A stretch of DNA of 64,000 nucleotides from Zootoca vivipara (lineage: Eukaryota), in NCBI RefSeq assembly GCF_963506605.1, contig NC_083286.1, forward strand, positions 26,722,001 through 26,786,000, in the 5' to 3' direction. The notes beneath the pieces were generated by a model, which made no database searches, was not told the origin of the DNA, and saw only the letters and a program-made list of their open reading frames with translations. Shown here in pieces: positions 1 to 12,039 of this stretch. Position 1 is the stretch's first letter; the number at the start of each line of letters is the position of its first letter. The position numbers and the translations under genes were made by a program.

Positions 1-32
1 TTCCCTACACCATGCATACTCTTACACACCTC

Positions 33-262
33 AGGGACGCAGGTGGTGCTTGCCAATCAGGTCGGTGGTTCGAATCCCCACAACGGGGTGAGCTCCCGTT
101 GCTCTGTCCCAGCTCCTGCCAACCTAGCAGTTTGAAAGCTCGCCAGTGCAAGTAAATATATAGGTACTGCTGCGGCGGGAAGGTACACAGCGCTTCTGTG
201 CGCTCTGGTTTCCGTCAAGGTGTTCCGTTGCACCAGAAGCGGTTTAGTCATGCTGGCCACTG
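33..262 (+). mobile_element. Sauria SINE, partial
   Basis: gggacgcaggtgg head with internal deletion, ggttcgaatccc B-box-like motif, body shared with other copies. Confidence 0.8.
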
Positions 263-2025
263 GCCTCATGGGGCAGACACACAAATGGCAGCCATTTCTA
301 TATCAAGGGTTTTACAGAGGCCTCAACTGGCAACCACAACAAGAGCGGCAAGCCCTTAGGGCAAGATGCTGGCTTCATTCAGTGCTCATTCTTGAGTGAA
401 AAGAAAAATGATTAAGAAGGTTCAGAATATAAGTTGTGCCACTGTCAAGCTATGTTGGCGTAACGCAGAAGAAAACACTGCTACTGAACAATTGTGTTTT
501 TAGCTTATGAGTGCTGAAATTCAGATGTTAACGATTTGTAGCTGATCTCCTGGTCACGTTCAATAACATTATGGATTGAAAAGAAGACCACTCTACAGCA
601 CCACATCCCCCTTGCTTTATGGAATGCATACTCATGTGCAAACTTCAGAAGGGAAACCCTGGAAGAATAATAGTGCAAGCTTGAGAAAGCCAAGTAGCTT
701 AACTCTAGGGCACACTAATCAGATATTTGAGTCGTATTTGAAAACCACAAACATACAGGAAAGAGAATAATAGGTTTGGAGATGTAAGACAGCTGAAGTC
801 AGTTCTCTGTGCAGAAAGCAGATCTGTTTACATCTCTGATTTACTAGCATAACTGCAGCGTTAGCATTTCATGTTTTAAGTTTTCCAATCAGTCGTCCAG
901 TTTTAAACACATCATCATCTGTTCCCCATGCTATGATGCAGAAGACAGACTGTTTTTGGAAGGCTGAGTGGAAGTGAGGTTGGCTAACATCACCCCCAGG
1001 TGGGAGCACTTCAGAGAGAGAAATAGAAGTGCAGGATCACTTTTATTTATTTATACTTTCCTCCTCAAAAGTATGTGGGTTTAAGTTCTACGCAGATAAA
1101 TAAAGGAGTCAGTTATCACATCTTGGTAGGTGGACAGTCTATAAAATGTGGTTTTTGTTCCTTCGTGGTTCACATGAGGACCACACAGGAGTTTGACTCC
1201 TCTTCATTCCAATGTCTTCATGATTTGCAAGGATATGCAAGAAAGTGTGAAAAGGGGTGGGGGGGTGGGGAGGACCTTTTCCAAGAAAGCAAATAAAAAT
1301 ACCATCCTTTGCAAGTCTTGATTTCAAAGTGGCAGTCTACAGTATATCAGTTTTTTATATCAGCATGGGGGGGACGGGACCTGTGGCTCTCCAGACATTG
1401 TTGAACTTAAAAGTCCCACCACCCACGATCATTGGCCATGCTAGCCAGAGATTGTGGAATCTGGCACCCAATGGCACCTGGAGGGTCACAGGATCTACCC
1501 TACTTGTTTGATTCTACTGACTGACAGTAGAGTTTGATTCTACTGACTGACTTAAAGCTGCCATGACACACAATGTGCCTGAGTAAAGGAAGTAGAACAA
1601 AGCAGAAAATTGTCCTCCAGGTTCTCAGGTTTTCACCACCTGCAAAAGAGGCCTATTTTCCAGCCCCTTTTATCAGGGGGCTTTAGAATTTTACATTTTG
1701 GGTGGGTGCGTGTGAGATTGAGCTAATATATTGTTGCAGATTGGCTGTGGGTAGCGTGCCGTTTTTAAGCGTTTATTGTACGGCTTCCTAACACACGTTT
1801 CTGAAGTGTGCAACAGAAATATAACACAACATGTATAGTAAAAATGAAATATCCATTAACTATCTAAAAAAACATCCTAATTACACACGTTCCATATAAT
1901 CATACAATATAGTTGGCGTAAGCTCTCTTTGAAATGCCAGGTTTCAATAGCCATCTAAAAGCAAAAATTCCATAAAGCTGGAAGCACAACCTTAAAGGGT
2001 GGGTTTCTACTTGGTGTCAGGTATA

Positions 2026-2374
2026 AAGGTAAAGGTAAAGGCACCCCTGACCATTAGGTCCAGTCGCAGACAACTCTGGAGTTGCGGCACTCATCTTGCG
2101 TTATTGGCCGAGGGAGCCGGCGTACAGCTTCCAGGTCAAGTGGCCAGCATGACAAAGCCGCTTCTGGCGAACCAGAGCAGCACGTGGAAACGCCGTCTAC
2201 CTTCCCGCCAGAGCGGTACCTATTTATCTACTTGCACTTTGACGTGCTTTCGAACTGCTAGGTTGGCAGGAGGTGGGACTGAGCAACGGGAGCTCACCCC
2301 GTCGTGGGGATTCGAACTGCCAACCTTCCGATCAGCAAGCCCTAGGCTCTGTGGTTTAACCCACAGCGCCACGA
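2026..2374 (-). mobile_element. Sauria SINE
   Basis: (aaaggt)n tail, tRNA-like head, 11-bp TSD tgtcaggtata. Confidence 0.88.
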
Positions 2375-3484
2375 TGTCAGGTATACAGATCCATTAACAA
2401 TGCCTTATTTTAGAAATTAAATGGTCAGGAAGGGGTATATGGGGCAGAGGCGATCCCCTCAGGTATTGATGGCAGGGGATCTTTCTTCTATTAAAAGGTG
2501 TGTTTTCTCTCTGCACATTGTAGCCTCAGGCCTACACTTCCTGATCTCAAAAAGCCCCACAGAGTGTTACTTCATGCTACCCTCTCCTGGGTTTTAATCA
2601 AACTAGAAGAAGCTGGGGAGGGAAGTAGCTTTGGAGCACCCGAGATCAGTATGCTCAGATTTTGTTTTGAATGTCATTTTTATTTTATTTTTTTAAATCT
2701 CTCAGCACTTTAAGATAAAAATTTTTAGGGGTGGAGACTCACCCACAGTGGCCAGGTACATAGCAGGTAACATCCCCGGCTTCTGCCCATGCAGTAAAGC
2801 CCAGTGAGGATGTCATGGGGTTTTCGGAAAATACAGGCCCCAGGAAGGCTGCAGTGTGAACACTGGTGATACAATTTGTAGATAAAATAGGGCACCTTTG
2901 AAAGGAAGCAGACTAAAACTCCTGTGCCCTGAAAGTTACAGAAATGTTATCTTCCCCTTTAATAACTTTCAAATGCAAATTTCTCAATGCTTTTTTTAAA
3001 AAAGTGTTTTCAACACAGCACTCAGTTGAAACAGTTAATCCTTTTGACTAGGATGTATTGCTGCATACAGCTAACTGTATAGTTGTCCTTAGCATCTACA
3101 ACACCCAGAACACAGAAAAGCTCAAGATGCCACACTCCTTGTGCCCTTGCCTTAGGAGTCTAGAACAAGAAAAAGCTCCTGCATCTTAGAGGGACCTTGC
3201 CACCTGAACAATTGAAATATTTCATCCCATTAAACATTGCATAACGTAGAGCATGGGTGAATAACTTGTGGTTCTCCAGACATCACTTTGCTCCAACTCC
3301 CATCAGTCCCAGCCAAGTGATGGGTCTGGGAAGACAGAATTTGAGTCCAATACCTAGGAGGGACACAGGGTAGACATCCCTGATTTAGAATGTGTTGAAC
3401 GATGTAGAAAGAAGTCCAAAGTCTCAGCTGACATCCTGTTAAATACATCTGAGGAATCTGGATAAAGCTAGAAGAAAGTCACAT

Positions 3485-6400
3485 ATCTTTGTATTTAAAA
3501 GATTTTATTTTCATTTCACCAAAAATAAAACAAAACCAACAGTGTTTGTAATACACATGCCCTTCAATCAGTGCTCATTATATGCACACCATTTTTATTT
3601 GAAATATAAGAAAATAGGCTTTATTTCTCCTTTACAAATTAAGGAAAACCAAAAATTTGCATATAACGCTTATACATGTACATATGCACACCATTTTCCA
3701 AAATCCGTCTCCTCAAAGTAATATTGTACAACTTGGCTCTTACTCTTTTGATACGCAAGGTTCAAAAAAATTCCTGTTGCAGCTGATATTCCAGAAATAC
3801 TTTGATGTTACCATTATTAAAGCCAACTTCTTGTTATCAATATAACTACGGATCTGGTGCAAATTTACTCTCAAATCCACTCTCTCTTTTTCTGAAGCCT
3901 TTGCAAATTAAAAGACTTCAGACTCCATCATTCATTCAAATTTTAAAAAGGTAACTATTTTAGATTTTTACAGTAATTTGCTACATGGTGCCATGACTAA
4001 CTTAAAAAAGATGCCAGACCATTGCTTTTGATCAAAGAGATGTTGTCATGTGTAAAGATCTGAATTTCTACTACAAAACAGCAGGTTTAAGTAACACAGC
4101 AATTCTAGGAGGTTTAAGTTATTAAAGGCTAAAACCTGAGAACTTAATATGGCAAAAAAATATTTTTTAAAAGGTGGCTAGAACTTTAAACATTTCATTA
4201 AACAAAGGAGAAAACATTGTAAACATTTAGGAGCATCATAGCAAAGCAGAGTTTACCCACGTGTTTAAAAAAAGTGTGTGCATGGGGGCGGAAGGGGGAT
4301 AATTCTATGCATCTAAGCAAAGCCTTTGAAACTGAAATTAAGGAACATGTATCTAAAAATTCACTGGAGCTTCAGTTCATGAAATGCATACAAAGCATAC
4401 ACTTAAATGAGGCAACCTTTTAAATTTCAGAGTGCAATGAAAGATAACATCTTCCAGAAGAGATTTAAGAAAGCCAATCTATCAGGAGGAGGAATGTTCT
4501 AATGGAGAACAGGTGAAAGATACATAGCAATATAAATACAAAATCAGCTCAAAGGTCAGCATCCTGTAGCATGGTGCTAGTAAGGAAAAATTAAGGCCAC
4601 ATTCCTTAGGAGTATTATCCTTACAAAATGCATGCCTGATTTCACATATGGCAAGATGTAATGGAGGGGGCAACTTTTTAAAGCAACAGGATCCATTACA
4701 AACCTGCTATATCCATCCCTACATTCCCACCCCTCACTCACATAGCTAGAAGGATCCAGATTTTACAGTTAAAATGCAGGTATATGCAGCAGCTTTGTGA
4801 GATTAACTTCAGCCAAGCTGATTCTGCAAATATAAGCAGCTTGATGCTTCTGAGAGACTATGTACCACTGCTTTAGCTAGAGATTTCGGATATCCTATAT
4901 TCTGTGTCTCTCTCTCCTTTCCTGAATTGTATCTAACGATAAAGACACACAGACGGGGGGGGGGGGGGGTTTCAAAGGCATTTATAAACAACTTTAATGT
5001 AGATTTCTCTATGAACATTTGGTGTGTTTCAAGCTACTGTGACCGCTTCAGGGAATTCTGAAGAATGCAGCACAATGCTAGCTTCATCTTTCCCCTCCAA
5101 AGTTCTCCACCCATTCAGAAGCTTTAAGTGTGAACGGATATTCATGCAGCATTTTCCAGAATTACCTGAAGTTTGCACAGGAGCTCAAAACACAAAATGT
5201 TTTTTTAGATATTACATCAAAACTTGTTTATAAGCACCACACATTTCCCCTTTGTTTCTGAGGGTACAATTCTGCACGATAAAATCTTAATGTTTGAGCC
5301 TGGTGACATGTGGAAGCCGCAATCCGAAGGTAGTAGGAGAGAGGGGACTTTTTTGTACCATTCACCTCACCACACAAAAAAAGCTGATAAATGGCTGTCA
5401 CCAGTTGGTAATCTAAGTAATTTAGTCTTAAGCTTTTCCACACACAACTCCCATCCTGCTTTCATTAAACTCATGGAGGGCTGAGGAGGACTGTGGTTGG
5501 AAGCCCTTTCACAACATTGCATGCTCTGCTAACCTCAACTCCCAAAATCTGAAAGAGGAACCTGGGTGAATATAGCTGTATGTTTATAAGAAATCACACT
5601 AAATGGGTGAACATGACTGGAACAATGGGCACCTGGTTTTCATTTAAAGAAGATGTACAGAAGAAAACTATTTGTGAACATTAGGTGTGTGGTACATACA
5701 TGGTAGATACATGTTTCTATGCGTGTATTTATCTTTAAATAGCTGGATAATGTTTACCGGGGGTGGGGGGGCAATAAGTCTAACTATGGAACACTGAAGT
5801 TGTGCTGAAATTGTGTGACGACAAAACAGATGGAGGTGCTACCTATAAATTGGCTAAGCCAGACAATTTGGATGGAAGCCTGTTTTGCTACAATCCCCCA
5901 AATCCATGGCTTGGATGCATACATAGCAAAAAAGCATACTTCTATGTTTCCAGTGTCATGTGCACAACACATTTCCCAACACTGAAGAGAACAGGCAATT
6001 CACTGCATGGTGTAAAAGCTCTGTGGCGCACCACAGAAATGTGAATTATGTTCCTTGACTCCCAGTCTCAAAAGAACCAAAAAGTACTTCTGAATGCAGT
6101 TTTCCTATCACCGAGTATGCATATAATGACACATTTCTATAGCTGTAAAATATTGTGAATGGAGGGTTTTTAAATAAACAGACATCCTTTTATATATCAT
6201 TAACATATTCCTTGTGCAATCATTACAATATACTCTAAGGCACATGAATCATTACAATTTGATTTAAAAGCACAACCAAGATCGATACCATTCAGATTCT
6301 TTTCATACAAGATCCTCAAAGAAAAGCTTAAAATTAAAATTCAGTATTGGATTAACAAGCGGGGGGGGGGGCACACAGCTTTCAAATTTCTAAACTATAT

Positions 6401-8678
6401 TTCTACACCAAGGTGATTGCTTTTAGAAAAACAATCTTTAAAAAAACAAATCTCAAGCACAATTCGAAGTCAATTACTTTAACAGAACAGAAAATTTACT
6501 TTAAAGGAATACACTCAAACTAGACATCAGCCCTAGATTTCTCTTAAACACAGTAGAAAACTCTTTAATTCCACATATAATTCAACTGGTGAAAATATAT
6601 ATTCTATTACTACAGTGCATTTTTCTCCTGAAAGAGATACCACAAAACAGGTTAAGATTAGGTTAAAACAAGATACAATACCTGTGAGCTGCCACTTACA
6701 GCTTGAATTTACAAAAAAATAAAAAATAAAATGCGGGGAAGATTCTAATCCCTCCAGTTTGCAGTGAAGAATTATGGTACCCAGCAGTTGGCATTAAAGC
6801 TTGATCTCACTAGTATTTTCTGGAAGAGTGACGAGGTTTTATAGCTTCACCTACAGACTGAATCCTAGGTTTGATTTGATTAATATTGTTTAAACAGAAA
6901 ATGTCACACATTCCAAAATCCATTATTTAAAAAATAAATAATTGAAAAATACTCTTAATCCAACAGCGCTTTAATTTAAACAATACAGTCTTAATTCTAG
7001 GAGGCAGGTGCACTATATTTTCAAGTACAATTCACATTTCCAGTAGCAAGCGCATCTATATATAAATAGAGGACAGCCTCAAGGGACTCCCTGCCCTTAA
7101 ATAAAAAGGGAAGCAAAAAAAATCTTGACCATCAGTACTATTATATGAAGTTGTTGGGTTTTTTGAAAGGGGTGAAGTTGCAGGAGTAGACAACGGGCCA
7201 GAAAGAGGGGAGAAAGCATAGCCATTCAAGCACTGACCAACAACCATAGTTCATGACAATCATTATCTCCTCCCAATCAAAGAATGAATGCATGGTAAAG
7301 ATGAGAAGTTTTGAGGCTATTTTAGAAAGCGAAGCAGAAATTGATGAATTTCTACTTCAGTCTATTAGAGAACCAGAAGCATTAAATCTTTATTGCCTTA
7401 ATTGATATATACAATTATTTTTCTCATCTCATTGCAAATTTCAACCTATTTGAAAAAGCCACTTTTTTACTGTGTTTATTGTGAAATTAACGCAGAGGGG
7501 ATAAGCACTGAAAGTGCTGTGAAATAAAACTATGGCGTGGTAAGTTCTGAATGCTTCTCTTGAACAAATTATCACGACTTTCTTCATAGCAGCCCAAAGC
7601 TGCTTCATTTCCCTTAGTTTGGCTCATTTGTTTCAAAGTTATATTATCAGCTGTTTCTAAATCACGGGACAACTTACGAGGAAATGAAGTGAGCTTTACT
7701 GTATTGGGCTAATATAACGAAGAAAAGTGGAGTGCTATAGCACTTAAATATTGGAGATTAACAAGGTTCCACAACATGTATTAATGAGGATCCTCTGGGA
7801 GAAGTAGATTAAGTCAAATCAGTGTTTTAAAAAAATATTAAATCAACCAGAACGACCAGTACACTCTGTTCTATATTGTCAGCAAAACACCAATGGAAAC
7901 TGGGGTTTTTTATATGTACCCTAATGAGATAGGAGTCAAAATCTTTGGGGTTTTACTCTGATCAATTGCACACTGAAAACTCCCCTCACAAAGCTATTTG
8001 CAAAAAAAGCTGTTCACTACGTGGCACTGGTAGCCCCCAGCCATGTTGCAGACAAAAATAAGAGCTCTCTACCAATAATTCTATTATTTCTGATATTTGC
8101 ATATTGTCTAGAAATTACTTTGATAAAACGAAACCCAGAGCTTCCCAAAATCCAACATTTTCACTTTAGTTTTTTCACTTCCATATTGTGTGTTTTAGCA
8201 GCTGCTTATAATCGGGTTTTTAAAAAACGTGCTTCAGAGCAGGTACAGTATTTACCATTCAAGAAGCTACAGACATTGAGGAAGTCTGATTAAACAGCAC
8301 CCTGTGCAGAGGGAGAAAGCAGATCACAGGAGAGTTCTCGTTTAGCTGCTCTCTTTTGTTGTTATTCAACTTTCATCCAACATGTAGAAAGTAGAACTGG
8401 ATTTTCCTATGATGGAAGGGAGGCTCCATGACAAGTTACTGTCTTTGTTTTGCATGAATGTTTGGTCAATGAACGAACATTCCCTTAGATTAGCAACTCT
8501 CTGTCTCATCTACAAGCACTCCAAAGAGTGCCAACTTAAGAGATGTACCCTGAGCTAACTCTAACCCTCGCAGAGCAAAGCAAGTTGCACTGTCCCTTTT
8601 CGCACACGCCCCTTTTTGCACAAAAGAGCAAGAACTGCCACATTCTAAGTGGCTAACACACTCTGGTGGGTGTGATCA
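3485..8678 (-). other. LNPEP: Probable long LNPEP 3' UTR
   Basis: AT-rich stretch after the stop codon with no transposon I recognise; minus-strand AATAAA at 3504-3509; the 3' end is inferred, not observed. Confidence 0.55.
3504..3509 (-). terminator. Candidate distal polyadenylation signal (AATAAA)
   Basis: tttatt on the + strand at the edge of the TE-free block; other AATAAA candidates exist, e.g. 7475-7480. Confidence 0.45.
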
Positions 8679-8810
8679 CTATAGCAATTTCTCCAGTGTC
8701 TCCAAGTTCTTCTCCATCCACTGGATATTCAGCTGAATTCTCTCAATGGCCTCTCGGACAAACCGTAGCTGAGCAGTTTCCTCCGACTTGGATTCGAAGA
8801 ATGTTTTAAC
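8679..8810 (-). CDS. LNPEP: LNPEP exon 18 coding part with TAG stop
   Basis: [43 protein letters not shown]. Confidence 0.95.
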   Translation of the reverse strand, partial: VKTFFESKSEETAQLRFVREAIERIQLNIQWMEKNLETLEKLL

Positions 8811-11800
8811 CTGCAGAAGCAACGCACATAAACAGGGATATGTAAGGACAATAAAAAAAAACTAACTTTACCCCTGTGCTTCCAAGTGGCCCAACAGGGG
8901 GGGTTGGTGGTGAGGAGGAGCCTTCACTTAAGACTTGGACAATCTGCCTATTCTAGTTTGAGTCCTAGTTACACCAATGTATACTAAGTAAATATTAAAA
9001 ACCCAGACTACTTATTGAAATCCCCCTTTTTCGTAAACATTTGGAATAACTTCCTGACGGACTGCAGAAGAGGCTGCCTCAGAAGGTGGTAGACTCTATT
9101 ACATTTGATGCTTCTGAGCGGCTGGGATAGCCATCCAACAGGGATGGAGGAACAAATTTCCTATATTAGCGGGAGGCTGGATCAGATGACTTTTGAGGTC
9201 CCTTCCAACCTTATGAGTCTTTTCAAAAATAGTAATAATTAAAGCTTAATTAACTCATTATTTTACTTGTGTGATTAAAGGCAGTTAACTCACCAGCAGT
9301 AGTTTCTCCAACTTCAAATGTCACCTTCCACATTGCTGTGTACCAAGAATACACAGCTATACTAAAAGCCAGCAGTAACAGAGCAATATGCAATGTTCCA
9401 GCTTCTATATTATAATAATTTTTTCCCCTAACACTCTTCGGAATACTTTATTCAAACAAACCTCAAGCAGATGTTCTTGTGTTGAGAACTGACAAGTTGT
9501 CGCAATCACAATACTTTGGATGGTGTATGATCCACGGTGAAACCTGAAGTTTAGGAGAATGAACCAAACGTTTATTCAAAGCATGTTTAACTCAATTCAT
9601 GCCTTACCTACTGTATTTTGGAAGCTTATGGTGAATTACAGTATTCAACATTCTTAAAAGTGATCAGCATTTAAAGAAATCTGCTATCCCTGGTCGCTAA
9701 ACTACCAGACATACAAAGTAAGTAATGGTGTGCACTGACTATGCTAGACACCGTTTGGACCTTGATTCCATGCTCCAGAAAAGAGTCTGGTTTGGTCCAA
9801 AGCACTTTGAAGGCTCTCTGATTAATCTCAGGATCCAAATCTGATACCAAATTTGGGGGGACGGACACCTTCTTCCATTTGGGGGCTTTTTTTTAAGGCT
9901 ACAACTTTTTTCCTTTAGAAATAATGAGATGAAATTTGTAGTCACAGTAGCCCCTCCTAAGTAGATGAAGCCTACTTAATTGTGGACCTACAGGTGTTTT
10001 ATCGATGCTTTTTTTTACAAAATGAATGGTCTACAACTTTCTTTTTTTGGCAGAATGGGTTGAAGTCTGCAGGCATGGCAGTTCTTTTGAAGGTACTAGT
10101 CCTATCACATTGCCAAAGGATAGCTGCAATGGTTTTCGTGAAAGGCACCCTTGCACAGGTTTTAAAACATCCAAATCAACCCTGATTGCCTTTGAAATCC
10201 CTGCAACAATTGGGGTGGCTCAGGCAGAATCCTGCTCAGGTGAACCCCAAAACTAAAAGTGGTTCAGTATTCAACTAAAATAAGGTTCTGGTCAGGTAAG
10301 TTCAATATTTTTCACAACTTCAGAGGACAAGGAACAAAGCCAGAGAGCACACACTGAGAACATCTCTTTTTATAGATCAAAAGACAACAGGTTAATTATA
10401 CCGGGGACACTGAAGGAAATAAGCTGGCACAAAGAATGTTAAATAGCCACAATTCAGCAACACTTGCACTTTTAAGCATTTCTTCTCCTTCTGATCCACC
10501 CCCAACCATTTGTGCATGTGCCTGGAACTTCATGGGTATGATGAAATGGGAATGTAGTTCAGGAAAGCCTATGCCGCAATAAATTTGTTGACTTTTTGAG
10601 GTGCTTTAAGGTGCTTCAAAAGAAGTAAAAGACTCAAGTAGCAGTGAAATGTGCTTTTGGCGAGTTACCGTGATTTGCATGCAGCTTCAGTAACCCAGCA
10701 AGTCTCCACGTAGCACATGCTGTAGTGCTGAAATCCTTTATTCAGTAGGTGTTTATTCTAAACAGCAACAACAAGGGCACCCAAGGCACTAGTGCAAGAC
10801 CTGAACGGCATGCTTATTTAGTGCCAGTAAAAATCCTGTTTTATATGTACACGTCTGTGTGTGTGTGTAGCAGAGGGAAGGATAAAGACAGAATTTTATT
10901 ACAAGAACTCAAGGAAAGCCTTACTTCCTTATAAGCCGATCCCAGTTCTCCTTAACGAAATCCCATGCTAGTAAGTGTCCAGGCAAATTCTGACTGGCTG
11001 TTGTTATAACAGTTGGAAGATCCTGCGATCTGATGGTGTTTCCTTCCAGGCTTGTTTGCATTAACCTATGAAGGAAAATAGAGTCAGGTTAGAGGCACAT
11101 TTGCGTTCTTTTTAGAGGTCTAGACAATTTATAACAGATACTGTAAGGGGGCAGGGCCAATGAGGGCCATCTCACAACTAAAAATGTCTACGTTTGTATA
11201 TGCAAATACTACCTGTCCATTCATTAAGCAAAGGAAGAAACCTGAACCACCCTTTATCTGGGATGTCCTATAAAATGTGTAGTTTTTTTTATCAGGCTGC
11301 TTACTGCTGGAACTGGTGGAAACTTTTCTATGCTCATTGGACAAAAAGTGAAATACAGAAACTTCGGGGGGGGGGAGACACCTTAGTAACCTTGCAACTG
11401 AAAATCAGAAGCATGTTTTTCGAACCGCAAACTGAAAAACTTCCTGGAAGGGTCATGAGTTCAAGTCTCATGTTGGATAAAACATTCCTGCATTGCAGGG
11501 GGTTGGACTAGATGACCCTGGCGGTCCCTTCCGACTCTACAATTCTATGATTCCCTTAAACCCTTTATTCTAGAAATTTGTGCCTACAAGTATACCTATA
11601 TATATTTCAAGGGAGGACAGCACAATAAAAGGTAACCCTAAATGGCCTCGGTCCAGTATACCTGAAGGAGCGTCTCCACCCCCATCGTTCTGCCCGGACA
11701 CTGAGGTCCAGCTCCGAGGGCCTTCTGGCGGTTCCCTCGATACGAGAGGCCAAGTTAAAGGGAACCAGGCAGAGGGCCTTCTCGGTAGTGGCACCCACCC

Positions 11801-11986
11801 TGTGGAATGCCCTCCCACTAGAGGTCAAAGAGAACAACAATTACCAGACCTTTAGAAGGCATCTCAAGGCAGCCCTGTTTAGGGAAGCTTTTAATGTTTG
11901 ATGGATTTCTGTATTTTAGTGTTTTGTTGGAAGCCGCCCAGAGTGGCTGGGGGAACCCGGCCAGATGGGCGGGGTATAAATAACAA

Positions 11987-12039
<53 letters not shown>

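Noticed and set aside
1999-2397. Recurrent ORFs containing [13 protein letters not shown] (also at 57, 32349 and 33886)
   Set aside because: Translations of Sauria SINE copies, not a gene family
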